This document shows, piece after piece, positions 1-8,214 of a DNA stretch of 20,076 nt. Source of the DNA: Methanothrix sp. (GTDB lineage: Archaea > Halobacteriota > Methanosarcinia > Methanotrichales > Methanotrichaceae); the NCBI GenBank assembly GCA_037128175.1, contig JBAXWY010000049.1, forward strand, positions 1-20,076, given 5' to 3'. The translations under genes and the position numbers were made by a program. Below the pieces are notes generated by a model, which was given only the letters and a program-made list of their open reading frames with translations, was not told the origin of the DNA and searched no databases. Position 1 is the first letter of the stretch; every line of letters begins with the position of its first letter.

Positions 1-81
1 TCTCTACCTTGGCTACCTTCTCTACCTTGGCTACCTTCTCTACCTTGGCTACCTTCTCTACCTTGGCTACCTTGGCTACCT
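1..81. repeat. 18-bp tandem repeat (TCTCTACCTTGGCTACCT, at least 4.5 copies) inside the helicase CDS, encoding EGSQGR repeats
   Basis: Units at 1-18, 19-36, 37-54 and 55-72 plus a half unit at 73-81. Built from alternating 9-mers TCTCTACCT and TGGCTACCT. Truncated by the window edge. Confidence 0.95.
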
Positions 82-1772
82 TCGCTTTCCAGCACCTGCC
101 GGATCTCCCGGCGCATGCGTCCTACCTCCTGGGCCACAGCAAAGGGAACGGGAATCTCCTCTCCCGTCCAGCTGGGAATCTCACCGCTTCGGTGGATGGG
201 CACCACCTTGATCTCATTATCTCCAATCTCGGTGATCTCCCAGATTTCGCCCTTGGTGACGAACGTGGCTCCTGGCTCGGCAAAGCTGATGACAAAGGCC
301 TCGTCCAAAGTTCCCACAGAGCGGCGGCCCACAATATCGTAGACGTTATACCTCTTCTCATCCGGGATCATGGAGAGGTTCTCGATGTAGTACTCCCGCG
401 CTTTGCGAGTCCTTTGCAAGAGGTCGCCGTCCAGCCACACCAGCCGATGCTCTTCCATTTGAGTGATGACGCCGTCCATCTCCTCTCTGGAGAGCAGCCG
501 GAAGGGATAAGCTCTGGTGATGATTCTGTGTGCCTTTTCCCGGTCTATCTCCCCGAAATCCATCTCCAGTCCCACAATCTGGTTAGCTAACACATCAGTG
601 GGCTTCTCATGAATCAGGATAGCTTCCAGCTCGCCGGCTGCCGCCCCGCGGGCAATGGCACAGCCCTCTGCCACATCATCGGCACAGGTGGCGATGATGG
701 TCCCGGAAGAGATGAGGCCGATCTTGTGCCCGGCACGGCCTACCCGCTGCAAAAGGCGCGATACCTCACGTGGCGAGCTGTACTGGATGACGTGGTCCAC
801 ATCGCCGATATCAATTCCTAGCTCCATAGAGGAAGTACAGATCAGGCCGCGTAATTCGCCGGCCTTGAAGGCCTCCTCTGCTTCCACTCGCGCCTCCACC
901 GAGAGGCTGCCGTGGTGCACGCCAATGGACTCGCCAAGCTGGCGAAACCGAGAGCCTAAGACCTCCGCCGCCTGCCGGGTGTTGACGAAGATGAGGCACT
1001 TTTTGTTGTGCACCGTCTCCCTGATGAAGCGAATCTGCGCCGCCAAACGGGGATCGCACTCCAGGGTGCCGGCCATAGTATAGTCAGCCCGCGTGGGCTG
1101 AGGACTTACTACCTGAAAATCGCTGGCCCTCTCCACATCCGTCTGGATGATTCGAAAGCTGCGTTCTGTTCCCACGAGCAGCCTGGCCACGGCCTCTGGC
1201 GAGCCCACCGTTGCAGAAAGCCCAATCCTTTGAAAGTCGCCGGCAAGCTCCGCCAGCCTCTCCAGGAGCACGGCCAGCTGCGAGCCGCGCTTGGAAGAGG
1301 CCATCTCGTGCACCTCATCCACCACGACGACCTTGACCGTGGAGAGATTTTGGCGCAGGAGCTTTCCGGTCAGCATTATCTGCAGCGTCTCCGGGGTGGT
1401 GATCAGCAGGTCCGGCGGCTTTAATGCCTGTTTTCTCCGATCCGCCTGGCTGGTGTCGCCGTGCCGAACGGCAACGGTTATGTGCAGCTTCTCCCCCCAT
1501 TCTTGAAACCGGCGCAGCATATCCCGGTTCAGGGCACGTAGCGGCGTGATGTAGACGGCCTTTGTCCCCTGGCGCTCGCCTGAAAGAATCTTATGAAAGA
1601 TGGGCAGGCTGGCCGCTTCCGTCTTTCCTGTGCCGGTGGGCGCGATGAGCAGCACATTTTCTCCGGAGAGGATGAAAGGAATGGCCTCTTCTTGCGGCTT
1701 TGTCGGCTCGAAGATGGACTCTTCCACTAGCTTTGCTCTGATCTGATCATGAAGCAGGCCGAAAACGTTCAC
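1..1772 (-). CDS. lhr: Lhr-like ATP-dependent DEAD/DEAH-box helicase (5' portion; runs off the left edge of the window)
   Basis: Absent from the ORF track because it has no stop in the window. Manual translation from GTG at 1772 gives MNVFGLLHDQ..., Walker A APTGTGKTEAA, motif Ia YITPLRALNRD, RHGDT, LITTPETL, DEVH, motif III GLSATV, HHGSLS, CTSSMELGIDIG and QRVGRAGH, then Lhr-typical IPD, GTLDE and IPSWTGE segments. Confidence 0.93.
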   Translation of the reverse strand, partial: MNVFGLLHDQIRAKLVEESIFEPTKPQEEAIPFILSGENVLLIAPTGTGKTEAASLPIFHKILSGERQGTKAVYITPLRALNRDMLRRFQEWGEKLHITVAVRHGDTSQADRRKQALKPPDLLITTPETLQIMLTGKLLRQNLSTVKVVVVDEVHEMASSKRGSQLAVLLERLAELAGDFQRIGLSATVGSPEAVARLLVGTERSFRIIQTDVERASDFQVVSPQPTRADYTMAGTLECDPRLAAQIRFIRETVHNKKCLIFVNTRQAAEVLGSRFRQLGESIGVHHGSLSVEARVEAEEAFKAGELRGLICTSSMELGIDIGDVDHVIQYSSPREVSRLLQRVGRAGHKIGLISSGTIIATCADDVAEGCAIARGAAAGELEAILIHEKPTDVLANQIVGLEMDFGEIDREKAHRIITRAYPFRLLSREEMDGVITQMEEHRLVWLDGDLLQRTRKAREYYIENLSMIPDEKRYNVYDIVGRRSVGTLDEAFVISFAEPGATFVTKGEIWEITEIGDNEIKVVPIHRSGEIPSWTGEEIPVPFAVAQEVGRMRREIRQVLESEGSQGSQGREGSQGREGSQGREGSQGR

Positions 1773-1848
1773 AATTTATCCATTTGCTGATCCGGTATAT
1801 GAAAACCTTGCGAGGGGACACAAAAACTCAAAATGATTACCTTTGTGC

Positions 1849-2100
1849 ATGAGAAGATCACGAAAGCATCTGATAAAATCAAATGTGGCCGATGCCCGGG
1901 CTCTGCAGCTGGAGACGGCAAAACAGATCTTAGCCGAGGTTTTCCATACACGGCTTTGCGATGTAGAAGATATGATTACGAAGAGGATTGAGGAGAAGTG
2001 CCGGCCTGAGGAGAAGAGCAGGATAGAGGATAATAGAAGCGCTGCAAAGTGGGGGACGTGGCCGGAGATGTTCCTGACAGAGGGTGAGATAAATATTTAA
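1849..2100 (+). CDS. small hypothetical protein
   Basis: ORF divergent from lhr, ATG at 1849 (TTG at 1843 alternative), helical charged sequence ARALQLETAKQILAEVFH. No function recognised. Confidence 0.6.
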   Translation: MRRSRKHLIKSNVADARALQLETAKQILAEVFHTRLCDVEDMITKRIEEKCRPEEKSRIEDNRSAAKWGTWPEMFLTEGEINI

Positions 2101-2110
2101 AATATTTAAT

Positions 2111-3040
2111 TTAATATATCATAATCAAATAGGATAAAGAAGATACTACTGGCAAGGTTATGTTATCATTTACTTTTAGAGGTAGCGACTCAATAATCGT
2201 TGCCAACACTACTACAAAAATTGTTGCTGGTACCGGCATCGCGAACAAGGCAAATATTGCCCCAGCCGCAAATCCTATCGTGCCTTCAAAGGTTTTGTTT
2301 CTATTCCATGGCAATTTATGTCTTCCATATCGAGTACCGATGTATGTTGCAAAACCATCCCCGAGAGCCAGTATGAGTATTACAGATATTGCTGCGGCAG
2401 AGTCGTTTCTCAGCATACTGAGGGCAAAGAGAATGCCAAGCGCGTTGTACAACGCCCCCTCGCCAGGAATTTCCCCTTCCCTTCCGACATTTCTTAGCCA
2501 TTCCTCAATCCCAGGTATTTTCATTCCGATTAATTTTAGATGTATTAATATAATTCCTGTGCAAGTTCCTAGAAGAACAAAGTATGATGTCGTTTGGATA
2601 CCCAGGATCCATATCAATAGACATGCCGACAGGTTTGAGATTATGTGTGCAGCTTTTCTGGCTCTCTCATCTATCCTATTAATTGCGTTTTTTTGTCTAA
2701 AGACAATTGCCTCAGCTATTGCATATCCAAGACCTGCTATGGCAATGCCTTCTCCGAGATCCAACCAGCAATTCAGTCCTCCAGACACCTGATACCAGCC
2801 GACCAACAGCCCAATAAAGTAGAATAAAGGAAATGCCACATGCCCCATAAGGGGAAACACAAATGAGAATGCTCCACTGATGGGTTCAAGGTGGCAGCAA
2901 TTTGCAGGTTCAGGAAGGCACTTTAGAGATGTGGCTATTAATACGGCAATGATGAGACTGAAAAACAGGAGCTTAATGCGTTCCATCGATGTAGGATTGA
3001 GAGCCGACAAGAAATCACCTAAAGGGTCAAGCGATCTCAA
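2111..3040 (-). CDS. SEC59/DGK1/VTE5-family CTP-dependent polyprenol (dolichol/phytol-type) kinase, integral membrane
   Basis: Multiple hydrophobic helices. C-terminal signature LALGDGFATYIGTRYGRHKLPWNRNKTFEGT...IESLP...NDNITLP. Confidence 0.82.
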   Translation of the reverse strand: MRSLDPLGDFLSALNPTSMERIKLLFFSLIIAVLIATSLKCLPEPANCCHLEPISGAFSFVFPLMGHVAFPLFYFIGLLVGWYQVSGGLNCWLDLGEGIAIAGLGYAIAEAIVFRQKNAINRIDERARKAAHIISNLSACLLIWILGIQTTSYFVLLGTCTGIILIHLKLIGMKIPGIEEWLRNVGREGEIPGEGALYNALGILFALSMLRNDSAAAISVILILALGDGFATYIGTRYGRHKLPWNRNKTFEGTIGFAAGAIFALFAMPVPATIFVVVLATIIESLPLKVNDNITLPVVSSLSYLIMIY

Positions 3041-3108
3041 GCAATTAATCTACGAGTATATAAATAGATGCAAATTCATCTGTTTTGCGATAGCAGGGGC
3101 ATGAGACA

Positions 3109-3762
3109 ATGCTCAATGAAAAACCTAAATCTAATTTGAATTTCATATCCTGCAAACACCAATTAGAAATATATAAAAATTATAAAATATATAGTTCCGT
3201 TCTCCTCCTTGTAATAACTTACGGTACGCTTTTTATCTTTTGGGATTTGCTGACACAATACGATACTGCTCTTTTTCTCGAAATCTGCGAAGATAGAATT
3301 CCTGCTATCGAATCTTTTTTTGTTCTATGGACAAATGGAGGGGCTTCTCTTTTTATATGTTTTATAATTATATTTCTATGGCTAAAAGGAGAAAAAAGAC
3401 CGGCGATTTATCTAGCATTGGGATTGATAGTAGATACGATTCTGGTTTATACCCTCAAGACAATGATCCACCGGCCCAGGCCATATGAAGTCCTATCCAT
3501 AATGCCACTTGAACTGGTAGATAATTTTAGAAGCTTACCATCTGGACATACTTCGACAGCTTTTTTATCTGCCATGATATTATCAAAATTTTATAGCAAA
3601 TATATGGTTGTTTTTTTTGTCATTGCAGCATCTATAGGTTTCTCGAGAGTATACATAGGTGTTCATTATCCACTTGACGTGATAGTTGGGGCAATAACCG
3701 GCAGTTTGGTGGGCATTTTGATGGTAGATCTCTTGGATCGCTTCGATTACTCAAGGAAATGA
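3109..3762 (+). CDS. PAP2-family membrane phosphatase (lipid/polyprenyl-phosphate phosphatase)
   Basis: All three PAP2 motifs present: KTMIHRPRP, PSGH and SRVYIGVHYPLDV. Confidence 0.92.
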   Translation: MLNEKPKSNLNFISCKHQLEIYKNYKIYSSVLLLVITYGTLFIFWDLLTQYDTALFLEICEDRIPAIESFFVLWTNGGASLFICFIIIFLWLKGEKRPAIYLALGLIVDTILVYTLKTMIHRPRPYEVLSIMPLELVDNFRSLPSGHTSTAFLSAMILSKFYSKYMVVFFVIAASIGFSRVYIGVHYPLDVIVGAITGSLVGILMVDLLDRFDYSRK

Positions 3763-5042
3763 TGCGTTAGTTGTGTAACATCGCGGTATCGGACCACGCC
3801 CACCATTTTGTCATCCTTATCAGTAACCGGCAGCGCCCTGAAGTCATATCTTGAGAACATAGCCGAGGCTTCTCCCAATGTGTTTTCTTCCTTCAAGGTT
3901 ATGACGCTCTTGACCATGATATCCTTTAATAAGGCTTTATCATCGCCTCTGAGCAAATCCTTCACATCGATCACACCTAGCAGCTTATCCCTCCCATCGA
4001 CGACAAAGAGATACATCACTTCATCTTTGTCCTTGGCAATTCTAGGATATCTGTTCTGCGCAGTCTCAACGATTTCATCAGGCGAAACTCGTATATATTT
4101 TTCAGTAATGATATTGATAATAGTGTCTTGCAGCTTATCCAAAATGGACTTTATCTTGTCGATGTTATCTTCATCCATCAAGTTCATTATGGCTTTCCGG
4201 TCTTCGAAAGCCAGGACTGATAGCACATCTGCAGCCTGTCCCGGCGTCATCTTGTCTAGCAGCTGTGCCACCTTTTCTTTCTTTAGAGAGGAGATTATCT
4301 CCCTTTGCATGTTCGGGCCGATCTCTTCTAGTGTATCCGAAGCTTGCTCAGTATCGAGCTGATTTATAACTGCCACTCTTTGCTCATGATCCAGATCTTC
4401 TAAGATTTCCACGAGATCAACTGGCGGAAGGTCATTCAGCTTTTCTTTCAGTATCTTGAGCTTTACGTTGCCTGTGAAACTTCCGAGGTCAGCGGGCAAT
4501 GGTTGAACGTAGAGCCATGGTATCAGCTTATCCTCGCTTCTATCGATCTCCTTATGAAATAGATCTGCAAGCCAGCTTAGGCCCAGCCTCCTCAAACGCG
4601 CATAGCTGGCAGGATCGACATCGGTAACGTACAGCTTATTTTTCTTCATCACCATCTTTATGTCGTAGACCAATTCCACATCGTTATCCTCCATATCGAG
4701 GATCTTCTTGTCCATGATATGGTCCCTTAGCAGAACAAATCCTTCGGGAATTTTGCATGCAAATTTTTCTGCATCGTCAATATCGATGGCGACTTCCTTT
4801 GAATCAAACAACCTGACCTTTTCCCAGGGGACCATTAGTGAAGGATAACCAAAGGGTCGAGTGACAACTAAATGCGTAACTTCTGCCGCTTTTTCTTTGT
4901 CCAGGACTGTAAGATCCGAGAGCTTGCCTACCTTCTTGCCACCGATTGTGACTTTCGCATTAAGCACATCACTCAAAAAATAGGTGCTCTCCGGCAAATA
5001 GATTGTCCCAAAACTAATATTAGTCTTATCAAAGCCGATCAT
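3747..5042 (-). CDS. Soluble MgtE N-terminal/CBS-domain protein with PRC-barrel-like N-terminus (no transmembrane domain)
   Basis: PRC-like segments (GKKVGKLSDL; DKKILDMEDNDV), MgtE_N acidic helical repeats (LPPVDLVEILEDL; MTPGQAADVLSVL) and a CBS pair (YLFVVDGRDKLLGVI; LPVTDKDDKMVGVV). Confidence 0.85.
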   Translation of the reverse strand: MIGFDKTNISFGTIYLPESTYFLSDVLNAKVTIGGKKVGKLSDLTVLDKEKAAEVTHLVVTRPFGYPSLMVPWEKVRLFDSKEVAIDIDDAEKFACKIPEGFVLLRDHIMDKKILDMEDNDVELVYDIKMVMKKNKLYVTDVDPASYARLRRLGLSWLADLFHKEIDRSEDKLIPWLYVQPLPADLGSFTGNVKLKILKEKLNDLPPVDLVEILEDLDHEQRVAVINQLDTEQASDTLEEIGPNMQREIISSLKKEKVAQLLDKMTPGQAADVLSVLAFEDRKAIMNLMDEDNIDKIKSILDKLQDTIINIITEKYIRVSPDEIVETAQNRYPRIAKDKDEVMYLFVVDGRDKLLGVIDVKDLLRGDDKALLKDIMVKSVITLKEENTLGEASAMFSRYDFRALPVTDKDDKMVGVVRYRDVTQLTHHFLE

Positions 5043-5248
5043 CGCACCACCAAATAAAATTTATAAACTAATATCATGACCAATATGATCAAATAGATTC
5101 TCAAAGCCAGAAGAGATGCTTTGACCAGGGGCGTCATGTGCAAGCGGGGCTGGCTGTACTTATGGTTGATCTCTTTCACCTTGCCAATCCACTCTTGGAC
5201 CATATTTTTCCCCACATGTCCCTCACTTTTTTCGTTTGCACTGGTCAC
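5039..5248 (-). CDS. small single-pass membrane protein in the metal-transporter operon
   Basis: 69 aa with a C-terminal hydrophobic helix. Its start and stop overlap both neighbours (translational coupling). Confidence 0.75.
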   Translation of the reverse strand: MTSANEKSEGHVGKNMVQEWIGKVKEINHKYSQPRLHMTPLVKASLLALRIYLIILVMILVYKFYLVVR

Positions 5249-6525
5249 TAGAAGACCTCCGGGAACAGCACGCTCAGAGCGTATAGTGTGGAAAGGATGA
5301 TTATCATGAGGATAATCGAAAAGCCCAAAACATTCTGAAACAGCGTATTCTTGTATTTCCCCATAAGCTCTTCGCTGTTCAGCAGCACTATTAGGAAGAC
5401 CAGGGCAGCAGGGAGGAGCGTGACGGCAATTACCTGCACAAATAGAGTTATGAGGACTAATGGCGCTCCTGGAAGCAGCACGATTATACCGGCACCAAGT
5501 AAGCTCAGGAAATAGAATGCATAGAACATGGGTGCTTCCGAAAGCTTGTTGTTAATAGAGTGCGCCCATCCAAGCACCTCACCCATCGCCCACGAACTTG
5601 CTAAGGAGATGCATATAGCACCCAGCAATCCTGCATCGAATAGCCCTATGGCCAGGGCCGTGCCGACTAGTGGTTGGCTTCCAATGATTGCTCGGGCGGC
5701 ATCTGCCGCGCTTTCTATATCGGTTCCACCCGGTTTGAATAACAAAGATCCTGTGAGAATTATGCAGAACACTGCCACCAGGATGGTGAAAAGGGCTCCT
5801 ATGGCAGTGTCGAGCTTCCCAAACGGAATATCTTTTTCAGTCATGCCTTTATCCACGACGGAACTCTGCTGGAAGAAGATCATCCAGGGAGCTATGGTCG
5901 TTCCGATGTTGGCCATCAAGAAAAAGAAGACCTCACCATTAAATCCATAAGGGAATGCTGGCATCAATCCGCCCATAACCTGGTTGTAATCCGGTCTTAC
6001 GATAAGTGCGGCAGGAATGTAGATCAGGTTCAAAGTACAGAATAGAAGAACTATCTTTTCCCAGGTCCAGTACCGACCATACATAACGATGGCGATCATC
6101 AGGGCTGAAACGCTGATCACCGTTAACAATGGGGGGACACCGAATATATTCAGTGCCGCAGTCATTCCGATGAATTCTGTGACCAGAGTAAGAAAATTCA
6201 CAATACCAAGGTCGATCAGAGAGAACCAGCCCCAAAATGGCCCGAAAGCATCGAATATGGCCTCAGCATGCCCCCTCTTGGTGACAGCACCGAGCCTCAC
6301 GGTCATCTCCTGAACCACATAAGCTATTGGGCCTAACAATATTACAAACCAGATAAAACTAAAACCGAACTTGGCCCCGGTGGCAGCATAGGTTGTAATT
6401 CCGCCGGCATCATTGTCGGCAATCATCACGATTATGCCCGGACCGGCAAGCGCTAGGTAAAGGCTTAACCATTTTATTAGTCTGCGATATTTATAGAAAA
6501 GACTGGCCCAAAACTCCAATGTCAT
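5248..6525 (-). CDS. NRAMP-family divalent cation transporter, NRMT (Mg2+) type
   Basis: TM1 motif GPG...ADNDAGG (DAGG rather than DPGN), QEMTVRLG, TM6 GTTIAPW, many TM helices. ATG at 6525 is preceded by GGAGAG and preferred over the 6594 start. Confidence 0.88.
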   Translation of the reverse strand: MTLEFWASLFYKYRRLIKWLSLYLALAGPGIIVMIADNDAGGITTYAATGAKFGFSFIWFVILLGPIAYVVQEMTVRLGAVTKRGHAEAIFDAFGPFWGWFSLIDLGIVNFLTLVTEFIGMTAALNIFGVPPLLTVISVSALMIAIVMYGRYWTWEKIVLLFCTLNLIYIPAALIVRPDYNQVMGGLMPAFPYGFNGEVFFFLMANIGTTIAPWMIFFQQSSVVDKGMTEKDIPFGKLDTAIGALFTILVAVFCIILTGSLLFKPGGTDIESAADAARAIIGSQPLVGTALAIGLFDAGLLGAICISLASSWAMGEVLGWAHSINNKLSEAPMFYAFYFLSLLGAGIIVLLPGAPLVLITLFVQVIAVTLLPAALVFLIVLLNSEELMGKYKNTLFQNVLGFSIILMIIILSTLYALSVLFPEVF

Positions 6526-6649
6526 CTCTCCGGGTTGTCTAATGCAGATCTCATGCTTTATCAAGATTTCGGTGTATATCCATCTTCTAATCAATTATGT
6601 TGGCAAACTACCAATCAAATGCATAAATACCAAGCAAATACCTGAATAG

Positions 6650-6666
6650 ATAAGCTTTTATATAGT
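6650..6666. promoter_or_regulatory. candidate archaeal TATA box in the divergent NRMT/Lrp intergenic region
   Basis: TAAGCTTTTATATAG, about 55 bp upstream of the Lrp ATG and readable on both strands. Confidence 0.4.
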
Positions 6667-6718
6667 ATCTTGGTACAACATTGATAAATGCCATAATTTA
6701 GGAGAAAATCAGATAAAC

Positions 6719-7183
6719 ATGGGCAATAGATCTGTGTTGGATGAAATCGATTCCAATATTCTTAAACTTCTCAAGCAAAATTCTCGAATGAGTTATCTAG
6801 AGATGTCTCGCCGCATGAACATATCAGATGCAACGGTACAATTCAGAATTAAACGGCTGAAAGAGCATGGAATCATAAAAAAGTTTACAATAACAGTAGA
6901 CCCTGCGTCAATCGGCTATGTAGTGGCGGTTATAATGCTCGTACAGATAGATGCTGATAAACATGACGCCGCTAAAAATGAGCTTTCAAAGATCCCCCAA
7001 ATCTCGGAAATCTATAGTGTGCTAGGAGAATACGACCTATTTCTCAAAGTCTATGCCAGAAGCCTTGAAGAACTCAATGAATTGATTAACGATAAGATAA
7101 GATCTATCGAGGGTATTGAGGATCTTCTCGAGATTGTTATCGTTGAGAGGGTAAAAGAAGAGTCATTCTCTAATTGTAGCTGA
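6719..7183 (+). CDS. Lrp/AsnC-family transcriptional regulator
   Basis: N-terminal HTH LDEIDSNILKLLKQNSRMSYLEMSRRMNISDATVQFRIKRL..GII; RAM domain IYSVLGEYDLFLKV. Confidence 0.94.
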   Translation: MGNRSVLDEIDSNILKLLKQNSRMSYLEMSRRMNISDATVQFRIKRLKEHGIIKKFTITVDPASIGYVVAVIMLVQIDADKHDAAKNELSKIPQISEIYSVLGEYDLFLKVYARSLEELNELINDKIRSIEGIEDLLEIVIVERVKEESFSNCS

Positions 7184-8137
7184 TTTTACCAGTTCGTATA
7201 ATGCCTCGTTTACGGGAACCTCTATCTTATGCTTTTTCGCCCGGCGAATGATGTAGCCGTTTATGGAATCAATCTCAGTCATCCTACCCTTTAACACATC
7301 CTGGAGCATGCTGGAGGTATTGCCGGATGTCTTTTCGGCTACGGAATAAACCATTTTCCTAACGCTCATCTCATCCCTCTTTATGCCTTCCTTTGCGGCA
7401 ACGTTCACGGCTTCCTTGACCGCGCCCTGCACAGTGTTTTTGAGGAAAGAGGATAAAACAATTCCGTTCTCCCGGCGAGTTAATGCCGTTATAGGGTTAA
7501 TCACGGAGTTGACGAAGAGCTTGCTGTATTGATGCTCCTTAAAATCCGGGGCATATTCCAACTCAAAGCCCTTCTCCAAGAACCTATCCATCATAAATTT
7601 TTTCTTATCCTCGCCGATTTTATCCTCTAGAATGGTTTTTCCCTTTCCTTTAAGCTCCACCGTGCCGTCCTCTGAGAGCTTGACTCCCAGAGCGGTGATG
7701 CCTTCCAATACTTGAGAATCGGGCAGATCAAGCTCATTAAAGACTTCCCTATTTCCCATGCCGTTCATCAACAATATGAAGTGGGCGTTCTTCAGCCGCC
7801 CTTGCAAGAGGCCAGACTTTCTCAATTCATCGCAGACACCGGGCAGAGAGTATGTCTTAACGCATACTAATACGATCTCCGGACAAAAATCGGATGCTTT
7901 CAGGTCATCAAGGCCTGTAAAGCAGTGTTTGAACTTCAAAAGCTTTCTCTCTTCGGGAAGATATATCTGCAGGCCGATATCTTTTATTCCATTTATATGG
8001 CTCTTTCTTCCCAGGAGAGCCACGTTTTCGATTTTAATTCCATTTAAATCGCAAGGGTCTGAGAGAAGATATCCCATGAATGAGCCAATGGCTCCCGCCC
8101 CATAAATCAAGACATCTGCCATTTTCACATCAATCAT
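7163..8137 (-). CDS. panE: 2-dehydropantoate (ketopantoate) 2-reductase
   Basis: Rossmann GAGAIG, VCVKTY, LMNGMG, KLFVNSVINPITAL, SSMLQDV..GRMTEIDSINGYI. Confidence 0.93.
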   Translation of the reverse strand: MIDVKMADVLIYGAGAIGSFMGYLLSDPCDLNGIKIENVALLGRKSHINGIKDIGLQIYLPEERKLLKFKHCFTGLDDLKASDFCPEIVLVCVKTYSLPGVCDELRKSGLLQGRLKNAHFILLMNGMGNREVFNELDLPDSQVLEGITALGVKLSEDGTVELKGKGKTILEDKIGEDKKKFMMDRFLEKGFELEYAPDFKEHQYSKLFVNSVINPITALTRRENGIVLSSFLKNTVQGAVKEAVNVAAKEGIKRDEMSVRKMVYSVAEKTSGNTSSMLQDVLKGRMTEIDSINGYIIRRAKKHKIEVPVNEALYELVKSATIRE

Positions 8138-8182
8138 TTCTTCCTATAAAAATCTCTTCCGGCGTAGAACTGATAATTCTGC

Positions 8183-8197
8183 AAAAAAATAAAAAAA
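8183..8197 (-). terminator. oligo-T terminator-like tract downstream of the cupredoxin gene
   Basis: AAAAAAATAAAAAAA on + reads as T7-A-T7 on -, about 20 bp after the stop at 8215. Confidence 0.5.
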
Positions 8198-8214
8198 GGA
8201 TTAAGCGGCCAGGC

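Noticed and set aside
1-81. Possible CRISPR array
   Set aside because: Head-to-tail repeats without spacers, in frame within a CDS; no cas genes.
9-1506. Several + strand ORFs (9-590, 655-1083, 1008-1424 and others)
   Set aside because: Antisense shadows of the motif-complete lhr helicase on the minus strand.
1769-1951. 60-aa minus-strand ORF overlapping the lhr start
   Set aside because: No recognisable features; overlaps the better-supported + strand ORF and the promoter region.
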